A DNA stretch of 64,000 nucleotides from an uncultured Candidatus Saccharibacteria bacterium (lineage in GTDB: Bacteria > Patescibacteriota > Minisyncoccia > Phycocordibacterales > UBA1006): positions 243 through 64,242 of the forward strand of contig CAYQCC010000004.1 of the NCBI GenBank assembly GCA_964415895.1. Direction: 5' to 3'. Positions within the stretch are counted from its first letter, which is position 1. Each line of letters begins with the position of its first letter. This document shows positions 20,090 through 29,745 of this stretch, one piece after another. Position numbers and translations under genes: made by a program. Under the pieces are notes generated by a model. The model did no database searches. It was not told where the DNA came from and saw only the letters and a list, made by a program, of their open reading frames with translations.

Positions 20090-21214
20090 ATGAAATATTT
20101 CCTTTCATTTCTAGCTATCACATTACTGATTCCAACGTTAGCCCTTGCGAACGAACTTTCGCCTGCACAAAAATATCAAGCAAAAAAGAAAGTGAGCATA
20201 TTAATCGTTCCTGGTCACGACAACGAATTCTCTGGAACTGTGTTCAATGGAACAAAAGAGGCCGACATTAATCTGAAACTTGCCGAGAAACTTATAAAAG
20301 AACTGAAAGCAGATCCACTCCTTTCTGTAACCATGTCACGAGCAAAGGATGGATATATTCCAGAGCTTTCAAATTATTTTATCAATAACGAACAAGCAGT
20401 AAAAGATTTCATCGCGGAAGGAAAAGCGCAGACACAAGGGTTGGCGTCAAGTGGCATAGTGCAGACTACAGAACAGGTTCCCCATGGCGACGCGCCGTCA
20501 AAGGCGGCATACCAATTGTATGCGACAAACAAATGGGCGGAAGAGAAAGGTTTTGATCTGATCATCCATATCCACTTCAATGATTATGGATCACGTGGAT
20601 CAGTTGCGGGTGAATTCACTGGTTATTCAATCTATGTTCCCGACAATAGCCTGCTAAATAATGAACGATCGTTAACTATCGGAACTGCTATCGGAAAGCG
20701 ATTGCATAGCGTATGGAATACCAGTAATGCACTCTCGGAGCTGAAGAAAATCGACGAGAACGGAGTTATTGAGGATGCAAAACTGATCGCGCTTGGCTCC
20801 AACCGAACACTCAATACTCCAAGTATCTTGATTGAGTATTCTTATATTTATGAACCAACCGTAACGGAACCATTTTTTACAACAACATCAACTGCGTTTG
20901 CACGTGCAACCTTTGTTGGACTACGTGAATATCTTTCTGGAAAGAAATCAACACTTAAACCATTTAAGTATGATTTCGTTTCGAATCTTACCATTTCAAA
21001 TAAATCACAACCTGAAGTTTTAATGTTGCAATATGCACTTTCGAATTTAAAATTGTTTCCATCTACTGGAAAGACACGAAACGATTGTCCATTCAACGGA
21101 GTCTATGACGAATGTACAAAATCTGCCGTGAAAAGTTATCAAAAACTTAACAAGATGACCGCTGATGGAGTTGTTGGAAAGCAGACTAGAGCATTGTTAA
21201 ATAAGACATTCTAA
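20090..21214 (+). CDS. N-acetylmuramoyl-L-alanine amidase (Amidase_3) with C-terminal peptidoglycan-binding domain
   Basis: Signal peptide. VPGHDNEF...LIIHIHFNDYG amidase motifs. C-terminal VYDECTKSAVKSYQ...DGVVG PG_binding_1-like region. Confidence 0.7.
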   Translation: MKYFLSFLAITLLIPTLALANELSPAQKYQAKKKVSILIVPGHDNEFSGTVFNGTKEADINLKLAEKLIKELKADPLLSVTMSRAKDGYIPELSNYFINNEQAVKDFIAEGKAQTQGLASSGIVQTTEQVPHGDAPSKAAYQLYATNKWAEEKGFDLIIHIHFNDYGSRGSVAGEFTGYSIYVPDNSLLNNERSLTIGTAIGKRLHSVWNTSNALSELKKIDENGVIEDAKLIALGSNRTLNTPSILIEYSYIYEPTVTEPFFTTTSTAFARATFVGLREYLSGKKSTLKPFKYDFVSNLTISNKSQPEVLMLQYALSNLKLFPSTGKTRNDCPFNGVYDECTKSAVKSYQKLNKMTADGVVGKQTRALLNKTF

Positions 21215-21289
21215 AGGCTTGCAATATGACTCGAAAAAGGCGTATACTATAGTTGGCCGAGATTATCAGAAATTAATTCAATTAATTAT

Positions 21290-21478
21290 ATGTTACGTTG
21301 GAGCCTTATATTCTTTATTATTGCAATTATTGCAGCAGTATTCGGATTCGGTGGAATCGCAGCAGGAGCTGCATCAATTGCAAAAATATTATTCTTTATC
21401 TTTGTAGTACTATTTATTGTCAGCCTTGTTATGGGATTATCTGTAGCAAAAGCAGTTGGCGATGTAGTCAAGAAATAA
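21290..21478 (+). CDS. UPF0391/DUF1328 small membrane protein
   Basis: [42 protein letters not shown] is the hallmark of the family. Confidence 0.8.
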   Translation: MLRWSLIFFIIAIIAAVFGFGGIAAGAASIAKILFFIFVVLFIVSLVMGLSVAKAVGDVVKK

Positions 21479-21492
21479 TTCAGAAATAAAAC

Positions 21493-21520
21493 AAAAAAAG
21501 CACCTAGGTGCTTTTTTTGT
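21493..21520 (+). terminator. Intrinsic terminator
   Basis: aaaaaaagcacctaggtgcttttttt. Confidence 0.65.
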
Positions 21521-21792
21521 TTTATTTTTTCTTGTCTTTTTTAGGTTTTTTCACCTCTTTTCGAGAATCTTTTCCTTTTGCCATACGCGGTTTGAAATGA
21601 TTAGGCTTGTAATAGACTTATTATATCATAATTCAAATTATGCAAAAAATTCATAACTAATTTATTAGGCCATGAGACGATTATTGTATCCATTATTAAT
21701 GAATCGCTTAATTTAAATTAATTATGTACATGAGAACAACTCATCCAGCAGGAACCATTATTCACATCGCGTTAATGTCCAAAAGATAGCTT

Positions 21793-22095
21793 ATGTTTCG
21801 CATTATTGCAATTGCTCGAGGGTTCGAGAATGATAACCCTTATACAGCAATGAGCCACCTGCGGTGGCGCGATCCTGAAACAGGACAGACAGGAATTATT
21901 TCTCGTATAGAAGCGTACCAGTACCTGAAAGGGCAACCATGGTCGCTGTATGTCGAGGACACAACGGGTATGAGACATTATCTCATGCCGATAGAAAGCG
22001 ATTGGGGTGTATGCCATGTGCGAACCGTATCGGAGGATTTGGATGCCGACGAGCAGGACATGGATCCACTACTTTCCCTTCCCGAGTTTCTTTAA
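21793..22095 (+). CDS. DUF3892-like protein
   Basis: 100 aa. The central RWRDPETGQTGIISRIEAYQYLKG segment and C-terminal acidic tail resemble DUF3892. Confidence 0.5.
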   Translation: MFRIIAIARGFENDNPYTAMSHLRWRDPETGQTGIISRIEAYQYLKGQPWSLYVEDTTGMRHYLMPIESDWGVCHVRTVSEDLDADEQDMDPLLSLPEFL

Positions 22096-22097
22096 AA

Positions 22098-22124
22098 CAA
22101 AAACTGCTCAAAGGCAGTTTTTGT
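22098..22124. terminator. Bidirectional intrinsic terminator
   Basis: aaactgctcaaaggcagttttt between convergent genes. Confidence 0.55.
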
Positions 22125-22125
22125 T

Positions 22126-23370
22126 TTAAGCAGATTTTCCTGCTACAAATCCAGTCGTCCAGCACAATTGCAATCCGTATCCACCAGATGGTCGGTTAAT
22201 ATCCAAAAGATCGCCTGTAATGTACAGATTCGCAATCTTTTTTGATCGCATTGTTTTTGTATCAACTTCTGACAAATGAATTCCGCCATCAGCAACGACT
22301 GCGCGATCAAATCCCATCAGCCCTGTAATCGTCACAGGAAGTGCTTTCAGTAATCGCGTGATCTGCTTACGTTCATCTTTTGTCACACTGTGGACCTTTT
22401 TTGTGAAATCAATATCTGTAAAATGTGACTCAAGAACGCTTGCGGTTCCAGTCGGAACCAGATCCTTGAACACAGTTCGCAAGTTTTTATTTTTGTTCGC
22501 ATCAAACAACTCAATTGCGCGCGCCTCGAACGCGCTGATATCATTCCACGGACAGATATCAATCAATGCCGTTACGGTTCCTGCATGCAATAAATCCGAT
22601 ACTTTACTCGCGCTGTTTAAAATAGTCGGACCTGACAATCCAAAATGAGTAAACATAATTCTTCCCGTTTTCGAAAATGACTTTTTTCCATCAAGCATGA
22701 ATGTAACCTTTGCATCGTTAATAGAAATGCCAGCAAGCTTATGTATCCATTCGTCGCTTACCGCAAGCGGAACGATCGACGGTGTTGGATCTTTTACCGT
22801 GTGGCCGAGATCTTTTAAAAGTGCAAAGCCATCGCCTGTTGCACCTGTTTCAGGATGTGATAATCCACCTGTTGCCAGTATATATGAATTACCTACCACA
22901 ATTCCTTTTGTTGTTTCAACGCCAGTGATTGAATTCCCATCGCGAAGCAGTTTTTTCACGCTCGTTTGAGTTTGTATAGCAACTCCTAATTTCTCAAGTT
23001 CATTTTTTAACAAATTCGTTACGTCTACTGCTTTTTCAGATTTGGGAAATGCTCGTTTCAATGCCTGCACTACTAATGACATTCCGCGTGACTCGAAGAA
23101 ATCAAACGTATCCTGGACAGAGAATTGCGAAAATGGAGAATATAAAAACGGAGCTGCTTCATTATAGATTGCAAGAAACTTTTTTACATCAGATTCTGCA
23201 TTCGTGATATTACAGCGACCACCACCAGTGATATCCAATTTCCGCCCAAGCGTTTTGTTTTTCTCAAGGATGACAACACGTTTTCCTAATTGCGCCGCAG
23301 AAATAGCAGTCATCATTCCTGATGCCCCCCCGCCTATTACTACTACGTCGAATTGTTCGGATTGAGTCAT
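22126..23370 (-). CDS. HI0933-family NAD(P)/FAD-dependent flavoprotein (aminoacetone-oxidase-like)
   Basis: FDVVVIGGGASGMMTA FAD-binding site, then LDITGGGRCNITN. Confidence 0.8.
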   Translation of the reverse strand: MTQSEQFDVVVIGGGASGMMTAISAAQLGKRVVILEKNKTLGRKLDITGGGRCNITNAESDVKKFLAIYNEAAPFLYSPFSQFSVQDTFDFFESRGMSLVVQALKRAFPKSEKAVDVTNLLKNELEKLGVAIQTQTSVKKLLRDGNSITGVETTKGIVVGNSYILATGGLSHPETGATGDGFALLKDLGHTVKDPTPSIVPLAVSDEWIHKLAGISINDAKVTFMLDGKKSFSKTGRIMFTHFGLSGPTILNSASKVSDLLHAGTVTALIDICPWNDISAFEARAIELFDANKNKNLRTVFKDLVPTGTASVLESHFTDIDFTKKVHSVTKDERKQITRLLKALPVTITGLMGFDRAVVADGGIHLSEVDTKTMRSKKIANLYITGDLLDINRPSGGYGLQLCWTTGFVAGKSA

Positions 23371-23412
23371 AATCGGAGCATAGCACGAAACCAAAAAAGC
23401 CCGAAGGCTTTT

Positions 23413-24123
23413 TTATTTTCCATTGAGAAAATCATCCATTTCCGCACAAGTCTTTTGTGTTAATTGCAATGAGAGACTATTGTTCGTTACAGCCAACTCT
23501 TTTAAGGGATCCCAAGTCCACGCCGTTACATTACAATAGCTTTTTGAATCCTCAGTCTTTTCCTGAAATACCAAATTAACAATTGCGTTATTCTTGGCGT
23601 CTAATTCAAAATTAGCTCCATTGATTCCGTTACCTATAATACAACCTCCAATAGGTGTTTCTACCAACCGATGATCCATTTGACTTATTTGATTTATATA
23701 TTCAGGCTTACTATTCTTTAATGTAATTACCGTATAGCATTCTCCGCCGACAGGCCTATCTAATGTCATTAGAAGTATTTCTGGAATGCCGTCTCCTGTA
23801 ATATCAAGTTGCGAACTTTTTACATTCATTGATTCTATAACTTCGTTCACGCGTTCATCTCGGTTATCTCCATACCCATAATCACCCGCTATCATAGTCT
23901 TGATATAAGGTATATACCTTTTCCAAATTTCTGGAATATTCCCTATGTAAGGATCTTTTCTCGGTTGCACTTCCTTTTCAGGAAGCTTCTGCACTACTTC
24001 CTGGGTCGAAGGAACTACTTCTTGCTTATGGCTTTCAATCTTTGATTTATGAAAAACAATAGCTATTGCTATCCCTAATCCCAGAAGAATTATTATTATC
24101 GGCAGTAAATATTTCTTAGTCAT
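23413..24123 (-). CDS. Hypothetical membrane-anchored protein
   Basis: N-terminal TM LLPIIIILLGLGIAIAIVF followed by a soluble domain. No motif recognised. Confidence 0.35.
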   Translation of the reverse strand: MTKKYLLPIIIILLGLGIAIAIVFHKSKIESHKQEVVPSTQEVVQKLPEKEVQPRKDPYIGNIPEIWKRYIPYIKTMIAGDYGYGDNRDERVNEVIESMNVKSSQLDITGDGIPEILLMTLDRPVGGECYTVITLKNSKPEYINQISQMDHRLVETPIGGCIIGNGINGANFELDAKNNAIVNLVFQEKTEDSKSYCNVTAWTWDPLKELAVTNNSLSLQLTQKTCAEMDDFLNGK

Positions 24124-24197
24124 ATTTTAATAATAGACCAAGCGGAGTAATAGTCAAATAAAAAGCCCGAAGGCTTTTTATTTACCCGCACACCCAG

Positions 24198-25682
24198 CTA
24201 TGGGTGTGCGGGTTTATCCAAATCCAATGTCTCGTCAATACGAATTTGTTCTACAAATTCCGGAACATGGGAAACCAGAATTATCGCTCCCTGATAGTTC
24301 GACAACGCTTTCGCAATAATCGGCAGGTGGCGGAAGTTAATATGGTTTGTTGGCTCATCCAAAATCAGAAGTCCTGGTCGCTGTAATACCAATCGCGCAA
24401 ATGCAACCAATCCTTTCTGACCTTCTGACAGTGCACCAATTCGTGTACGCACGATTTCACCATTAATCAGAAATCCTGATGCAACACTTCGCATGAATTC
24501 CTCATCCAATTTTGCGCCAGTCGAAGTAAGTGCTTCTGCAAGAGATTCATATACGGTATGATCAAAATTAAGTGTCGAAAAATCTTGTCGATAATATCCA
24601 ACGCGAACACCTTCATGAATTGTTACACCTTCCGTTTCACCTTTTGCAAGTGTTTCAAGTAATGTTGATTTTCCAATTCCGTTTGGACCTTTCAACTGCA
24701 AGTGATTGTTTCGTTTTAATACAACGCTCGCTTTTTTAGAAACAATCTTATGATTTTTCATAATCGTAAAATTATTGATCGTAATCACAGGGCCAATCAA
24801 ATCATCCTGAACAGGAATAACAAACGGTCGAATGGTTTTATCTTCTCGGCGCACGTCTACAATTTCTTCTTCCAATTCCTCTGCCTTTTCACGCATCTGT
24901 TTTGCAACCAATCGCATTTGCCCTCCTTTAAATGCAAATTTATTCGCCTTTTCTTTTTTTGCAAGAATTTCTTTTTGGAGCAATGCATTCTTTCGATTTT
25001 CAGCTTCTACTCGTGCTGTAATTTGTTTTACTACGTCATAATAGTTCCCAACATACTGCTCTACTTTTTTTGAAAATACATCCAGATACAGTACGCCGTC
25101 TGTGAACGAGTTCAAAAATTCCGCATCATGAGAAATAACCATCACTGTGTTTTGATACGCTCGAATAAAATCCTTCAAGTGTTCGATTCCTGCATGATCA
25201 AGATTGTTTGTCGGCTCGTCCAGAAGTAGTAGATCTGGATCTTGAATAAGGGCTGAAGCTAAAAGCAATCGCGCCTGCTGACCACCGGAAAATGTTTTCA
25301 TAACTCGATCATGAACTTTCTCGTGTCCAATCAAATGAACCACTTCCAATACCTCATCAATCTTGGGGTCAATATCATATACTGGCTTATCGAAGCATTT
25401 TTGAAAAAACTCCCGGACAGTCAAATCCAACTGATCACGAGGAATAACCTGGCGACTGATAGCCACGCGAACGCCGCGGACGATATTGATCTTTCCGTCT
25501 TCTGGTTGAAGTGTTCCTGTGAGCAATCCAAAGAGCGTTGATTTACCAGCGCCATTCTGGCCCATCAGCGTAATCTTGAGTCCGCGACGAATCGCAAAAC
25601 TCACCTCTTTAAGGATTGGTTTGTTTGCACCAAATTCAAATGATACATCTTCAAAGCGTGCGATAATCTCGTCTTTTGCCAT
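24198..25682 (-). CDS. ABC-F family ATPase (tandem ABC domains, no TMD)
   Basis: Two Walker A sites (GQNGAGKST, GPNGIGKST), two signature/Walker B regions, and an inter-domain charged linker. Confidence 0.85.
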   Translation of the reverse strand: MAKDEIIARFEDVSFEFGANKPILKEVSFAIRRGLKITLMGQNGAGKSTLFGLLTGTLQPEDGKINIVRGVRVAISRQVIPRDQLDLTVREFFQKCFDKPVYDIDPKIDEVLEVVHLIGHEKVHDRVMKTFSGGQQARLLLASALIQDPDLLLLDEPTNNLDHAGIEHLKDFIRAYQNTVMVISHDAEFLNSFTDGVLYLDVFSKKVEQYVGNYYDVVKQITARVEAENRKNALLQKEILAKKEKANKFAFKGGQMRLVAKQMREKAEELEEEIVDVRREDKTIRPFVIPVQDDLIGPVITINNFTIMKNHKIVSKKASVVLKRNNHLQLKGPNGIGKSTLLETLAKGETEGVTIHEGVRVGYYRQDFSTLNFDHTVYESLAEALTSTGAKLDEEFMRSVASGFLINGEIVRTRIGALSEGQKGLVAFARLVLQRPGLLILDEPTNHINFRHLPIIAKALSNYQGAIILVSHVPEFVEQIRIDETLDLDKPAHP

Positions 25683-25723
25683 AATGCGTTGACTGTACCT
25701 TATTTTTGCAGAAAACGAAAGCT

Positions 25724-26179
25724 TTATTTTCCAAGTTCCTCTATGATCTTGAAATGCTTCTCACTTACTGGCTGAATGGAAAGCCTGCTTCCTCGAGCTC
25801 GAACCATCATTCCTGACAGTGAGTCTTGAAACTTTATTTCATCAAGTGTTACAGGTTCTTTGAACTTTCTCACGAATCCAACATCTACACACTGCCATCT
25901 GGCATTCTCACGTGTTGATTTTGGATCATAATACTCACCACCTTTTTCAAACTGTGTTTCATCCGCATACGCATTGGCGGCAACTTTCGCAATTCCATAT
26001 ACACCAATCGGTCTTGAGCTTGAATGATAAAACAACACCATATCACCTTTTCTCATATTGTCGCGCATAAAATTCCGCGCCTGATAATTACGCACGCCGG
26101 ACCATGCTGTAGTTTTATCTCGCCTTAAATCATCAACCGAATAGCAGTCGCCTTCGGATTTCATAAGCCAGTAGTTCAT
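25724..26179 (-). CDS. EVE (PUA-like) domain protein
   Basis: YWLMKSEGDCYSVDDL...WSGVRNYQARNFMRDNMRKGDMVLFYHS. Confidence 0.75.
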   Translation of the reverse strand: MNYWLMKSEGDCYSVDDLRRDKTTAWSGVRNYQARNFMRDNMRKGDMVLFYHSSSRPIGVYGIAKVAANAYADETQFEKGGEYYDPKSTRENARWQCVDVGFVRKFKEPVTLDEIKFQDSLSGMMVRARGSRLSIQPVSEKHFKIIEELGK

Positions 26180-26234
26180 ATAATAATAGTATATCAAAAA
26201 ACCACTCTTTCGAGTGATTTCAAATTACAACCAT

Positions 26235-26482
26235 TTTGCAACTCCACCATGACGCGAACATGTTCCGCGACGATGAGCACTGAAACTGTATGTTTTATCA
26301 CGACATTGCGCAGTGGCGCCTTTTGGTGCAGTCGACCTTACTACTGGTAGATGAATTTTATTGCCTGATGAATTGATATAGTAATCTGTTTTGCAAATGC
26401 GGTAGTTGATACTCCGAAAGTAATAATAAGTCCGAGTAATCCAATTGCAAGCTTTTTCATGAATGTTTTCATAGATAACGAA
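26235..26482 (-). pseudogene. Frameshifted DUF3761-like small secreted protein
   Basis: A signal peptide MKTFMKKLAIGLLGLIITFGVSTTAFA is in one frame. The DUF3761 core TAQCRDKTYSFSAHRRGTCSRHGGVAKWL is in another frame of the same strand. The frames switch near an A-rich tract. Confidence 0.5.
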
Positions 26483-26593
26483 ACTGTAGCTTAAAACAAG
26501 TATAAACGCAATAAGAGATAAAATATTTATGATAATTGGAAATTGATAAAATCTATTGCAGATTTTATTTCATACTTTTATACTATTTTACAT

Positions 26594-27280
26594 ATGCACC
26601 TATTGTTGATTGAAGATGATTCAACAGTTCGAGAAAATCTGTTGTCCTATTTTAAAAAAGAATCAATTTCAATCGACTCAACAACATGTGGTGAACATGG
26701 ATCATTTTTGGGGACAGCAAAAGATTATGATTTAATTATTCTAGAACAAGAATTACCCAAAAAGAAAGGTTCGGATATTTGCAAACATTTACGTGCACAC
26801 GGAAAAACCATCCCTATTGTGATGATAACTGCCCTGTCTTCATTAAACGAAAAGTTAATTGCGTTTAATGCTGGTGTTGATGATTATCTAATAAAACCTT
26901 TCGCTATCGAAGAATTGCATGCAAGAGTCAGAGCATTACTACGTAGACCTCGTGAATTACGCCCTACAATTATTAGTATTGGCGGAGTTAGTATCGATAT
27001 TGATCGACATACAATTACCTGTAAAAGAAAAAGGGTTTATCTTACAAAAAAAGAATTCTGTTTATTAGAATTTATGGCTTTAAACCAAGGATTGGTCGTA
27101 TCTCGAGAGAAACTCCTTGATCATGTTTGGGACGGAGGTAGTCACGTATCCTCAAACACAATCGAGATGCATATTTTAAGCCTAAGGAAAAAGCTTGGAG
27201 CGGAGGGCAGAAAGATAATACAAACTATCCCTGCGTGTGGATATAAACTCGAGTCACCTAGACATCCTGTCATGTATTAG
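26594..27280 (+). CDS. OmpR-family response regulator (orphan; no adjacent histidine kinase)
   Basis: Receiver domain MHLLLIEDD...DYDLIILEQELP...DDYLIKPF and a winged-helix output domain. Confidence 0.85.
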   Translation: MHLLLIEDDSTVRENLLSYFKKESISIDSTTCGEHGSFLGTAKDYDLIILEQELPKKKGSDICKHLRAHGKTIPIVMITALSSLNEKLIAFNAGVDDYLIKPFAIEELHARVRALLRRPRELRPTIISIGGVSIDIDRHTITCKRKRVYLTKKEFCLLEFMALNQGLVVSREKLLDHVWDGGSHVSSNTIEMHILSLRKKLGAEGRKIIQTIPACGYKLESPRHPVMY

Positions 27281-27285
27281 CATGC

Positions 27286-27325
27286 AGATTATAAAACCCA
27301 TCTTTTAAAGATGGGTTTTATAATC
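27286..27325. terminator. Bidirectional intrinsic terminator
   Basis: attataaaacccatcttttaaagatgggttttataat is a perfect 16-bp stem between convergent genes. Confidence 0.75.
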
Positions 27326-28481
27326 TAGGATACAATGTCTTTAATTGAGAATAATGCTGATTAAAATAATTCATATGAAGCGAGGCTAGTCCTTCATAAA
27401 AAGTGTTCTGATCGGTGTTTTTTGGCATTTTGTTGTCTTCCAAATAATTATGTAATATAAAGCTGATAGCGGCTTTCATGTCAGTATTATTATTATTCGC
27501 ATATTGAACTGCTTCGTGCAATCTTGCCTGGATTTCAGTAGGGTGTGTCGCATGATCTTCAAAAATGTACGTTGCCCTGAATGCATCTTTCCACACTTCT
27601 GGCATAACTACAATCTGATGCGCATGCGTATGCTCATGAACCATAATACGCTCCAACTCTTCTAGAGCGCTTTTATAATTAAGAATATTTCCTTTCACTG
27701 TTGCATAAGACGTTCCAGCATCGCCTCCGCCTCCGCCATTCCTGACTACTTTGTCAGCATTATTATCTAAAACAATTTCAAAATTCACCCTTCTTAATGC
27801 CTGCCAGAGCGTATTGGCTTCAATAGGAAACGTGGAATCTTCAAGAATTGTATTATTACTGTAAACAGTTTTTTGTAATGTTTTATAATCAATTTTATTT
27901 ACTGATATTCGTATAATTTCTCCCTTGTTCTCGTTCTGTTGTAAGACAGTTTCTAATGAGCTTTTAATTGTATTAAAAACTGGCTGCACCTCATACCACA
28001 CATCCAAGTAATCATGTGAATAATCATCTCTAGCCTCTATTCGATTCTCATTTACTACATCAAGGGGCTTAGTAAAAGGTTCCTTTCCTCGCAAAGATCT
28101 TACTTTTTCTTTTATAGATGTTATAAGCGAATATCTACCTTCCAAATGTGCTGTAGGATCTACAACTGCTTCGCGTGTTCTTCGCTTTTTGTAAAAATCC
28201 CTCATTACCTCGATTTGACCAGGAAGGAAATCTTCGTGAGACATCCCTTCAAAGATAGCCAATGACTCAGATTCTTCAATGCCAAGTTCTTGTCTTAGCT
28301 CCTTAATCTTTTGTTCGCTTTTCTGTTGATTTGTCTCTTTCAAGGTCACAGGATATTTTTCTTCTTGCTTCGCACCATCTTGATCATAAAAAATCTTACT
28401 TTCTTTGAAATCTATGGCGGCTTTGTTTTTCTCGATAAAGGGTGGCTTTTCCATGAATACAGTATACCAAGTTGCATGCAT
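27318..28481 (-). CDS. Hypothetical protein with HExxH motif (possible Zn-metallopeptidase)
   Basis: MVHEHTHAHQ contains HEHTH. GGGGGDAG linker. No other recognisable domain. Confidence 0.35.
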   Translation of the reverse strand: MHATWYTVFMEKPPFIEKNKAAIDFKESKIFYDQDGAKQEEKYPVTLKETNQQKSEQKIKELRQELGIEESESLAIFEGMSHEDFLPGQIEVMRDFYKKRRTREAVVDPTAHLEGRYSLITSIKEKVRSLRGKEPFTKPLDVVNENRIEARDDYSHDYLDVWYEVQPVFNTIKSSLETVLQQNENKGEIIRISVNKIDYKTLQKTVYSNNTILEDSTFPIEANTLWQALRRVNFEIVLDNNADKVVRNGGGGGDAGTSYATVKGNILNYKSALEELERIMVHEHTHAHQIVVMPEVWKDAFRATYIFEDHATHPTEIQARLHEAVQYANNNNTDMKAAISFILHNYLEDNKMPKNTDQNTFYEGLASLHMNYFNQHYSQLKTLYPRL

Positions 28482-28542
28482 TATACAAAAAAAACGTCGA
28501 GTGGCGCTTTTGTTATATTAAAACCGAGCTTTATGCAGGTTT

Positions 28543-29007
28543 TCATTTATTTTCGTTCCAAGAAATAATTTTTGCGTCGTACCAATTATGAAGCTGCTCT
28601 TCTGTATATTTTAGAGAAAGAGGGCGATTTTCAAATAATCGTTCATGCAAACGAGAATCTCTTTTTCCTCGTGCATCCGAAATACACGTCTCTTTCGAAC
28701 ACCACTCAAGATCATCTGGAAGTTGGGCGTCTATCGAATTATCAATCACAACTCGTTGCAGATTGACATGCAGATCAACCGTTTCTTCTGGTTTAATAAT
28801 GGTATTTAAAATCGTACCAAAATCTGTTATGGCGTTAACATGCTTAGCTCCAAACAATTCAGAAACTAATGATTCAACTCCTTCCCTTGAAGGACCTCCG
28901 GGTAGCTGAAGAATATCTCTCCCTTCATGGAAACTTTTCTTGAGCAAGAGACAACCTCCTTTCATTGCTATAAGCAGCCAAACAGATCTTTCTTTATGCG
29001 TATTCAT
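28543..29007 (-). CDS. Nudix-like hydrolase (degenerate Nudix box)
   Basis: LPGGPSREGVESLVSELFGAK approximates GX5EX7REUXEEXGU. Confidence 0.3.
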   Translation of the reverse strand: MNTHKERSVWLLIAMKGGCLLLKKSFHEGRDILQLPGGPSREGVESLVSELFGAKHVNAITDFGTILNTIIKPEETVDLHVNLQRVVIDNSIDAQLPDDLEWCSKETCISDARGKRDSRLHERLFENRPLSLKYTEEQLHNWYDAKIISWNENK

Positions 29008-29070
29008 GCAATTACTATAACATGCTTCAAAAAGAAAAACCCGACCAGCTTGCGCATATTCGGATTAATC

Positions 29071-29095
29071 TTTTATGGGGGACTATCGGGAATCG
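29071..29095. repeat. Direct repeat of the tRNA-His 3' end (att-like scar)
   Basis: ttttatgggggactatcgggaatcg is identical to 29252-29276, which is the 3' 19 nt of tRNA-His plus 6 nt of flank. Confidence 0.6.
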
Positions 29096-29257
29096 GTCAC
29101 GATCGCATAGTCGCTATTGCTCCTTGCGTCTCGACCCCGACTCGCTGACAAAATTCTCGTACCTCGAATTTCGTAAACCAGCTCCGTCTTTCGATTCCTC
29201 TATTCCATCTCAAAAAATATACTGCAAAAATATTGCATATTTTTTCGTTATTTTTAT

Positions 29258-29331
29258 GGGGGACTATCGGGAATCGAACCCGAATTGCGGGATCCACAAA
29301 CCCGAGTGTTAACCGTTACACCATAGTCCCC
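29258..29331 (-). tRNA. tRNA-His (GTG)
   Basis: Cloverleaf with extra 5' G(-1), D-arm GTGTAACGGTTAACAC, anticodon loop TTGTGGA, T-arm TCGGGTTCGATTCCCGA. Confidence 0.85.
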
Positions 29332-29745
29332 ATATCGTAAACAAAAGCCCCGAAATAATTGAAAATCGAGACTTCAGTTCATGTGTTGATACACAACTTG
29401 TCGATATATCGGATTTTTCTTGGAAACAATCTCCTAAAAATAAATGCAATTGGCATACATTTTTAGAGGATCATTGGGAGGAAATCCTTAACGACATTAA
29501 AAGAATTGCTTCTTTGGACGAAATCTCAATACAAAAGTTATCATACAATAAGGCAGCATAAATTGCAAATATCCCACTTAATATTATTCAAATATTAGTC
29601 TTTGTTAAAATCATCAACTATGGATTGATAGTTTCTAATAATTTCATCTAAATCTTCTTTGAAATCTTTTAAAGCACTTAAAGGTGAAGTAGGATTATAT
29701 TGATGAGGTAATGGAACGAATGATTTTTCATTTAACGTATTCTTA

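Noticed and set aside
21522-21584. 20-aa Lys-rich micro-ORF MAKGKDSRKEVKKPKKDKKK on the minus strand
   Set aside because: No Shine-Dalgarno, lies inside a terminator/T-rich region; likely chance.
29096-29251. 156-bp segment between the tRNA-His repeats as a second tRNA
   Set aside because: Only the 3' 19 nt of tRNA-His are duplicated; no D or anticodon arm is present.
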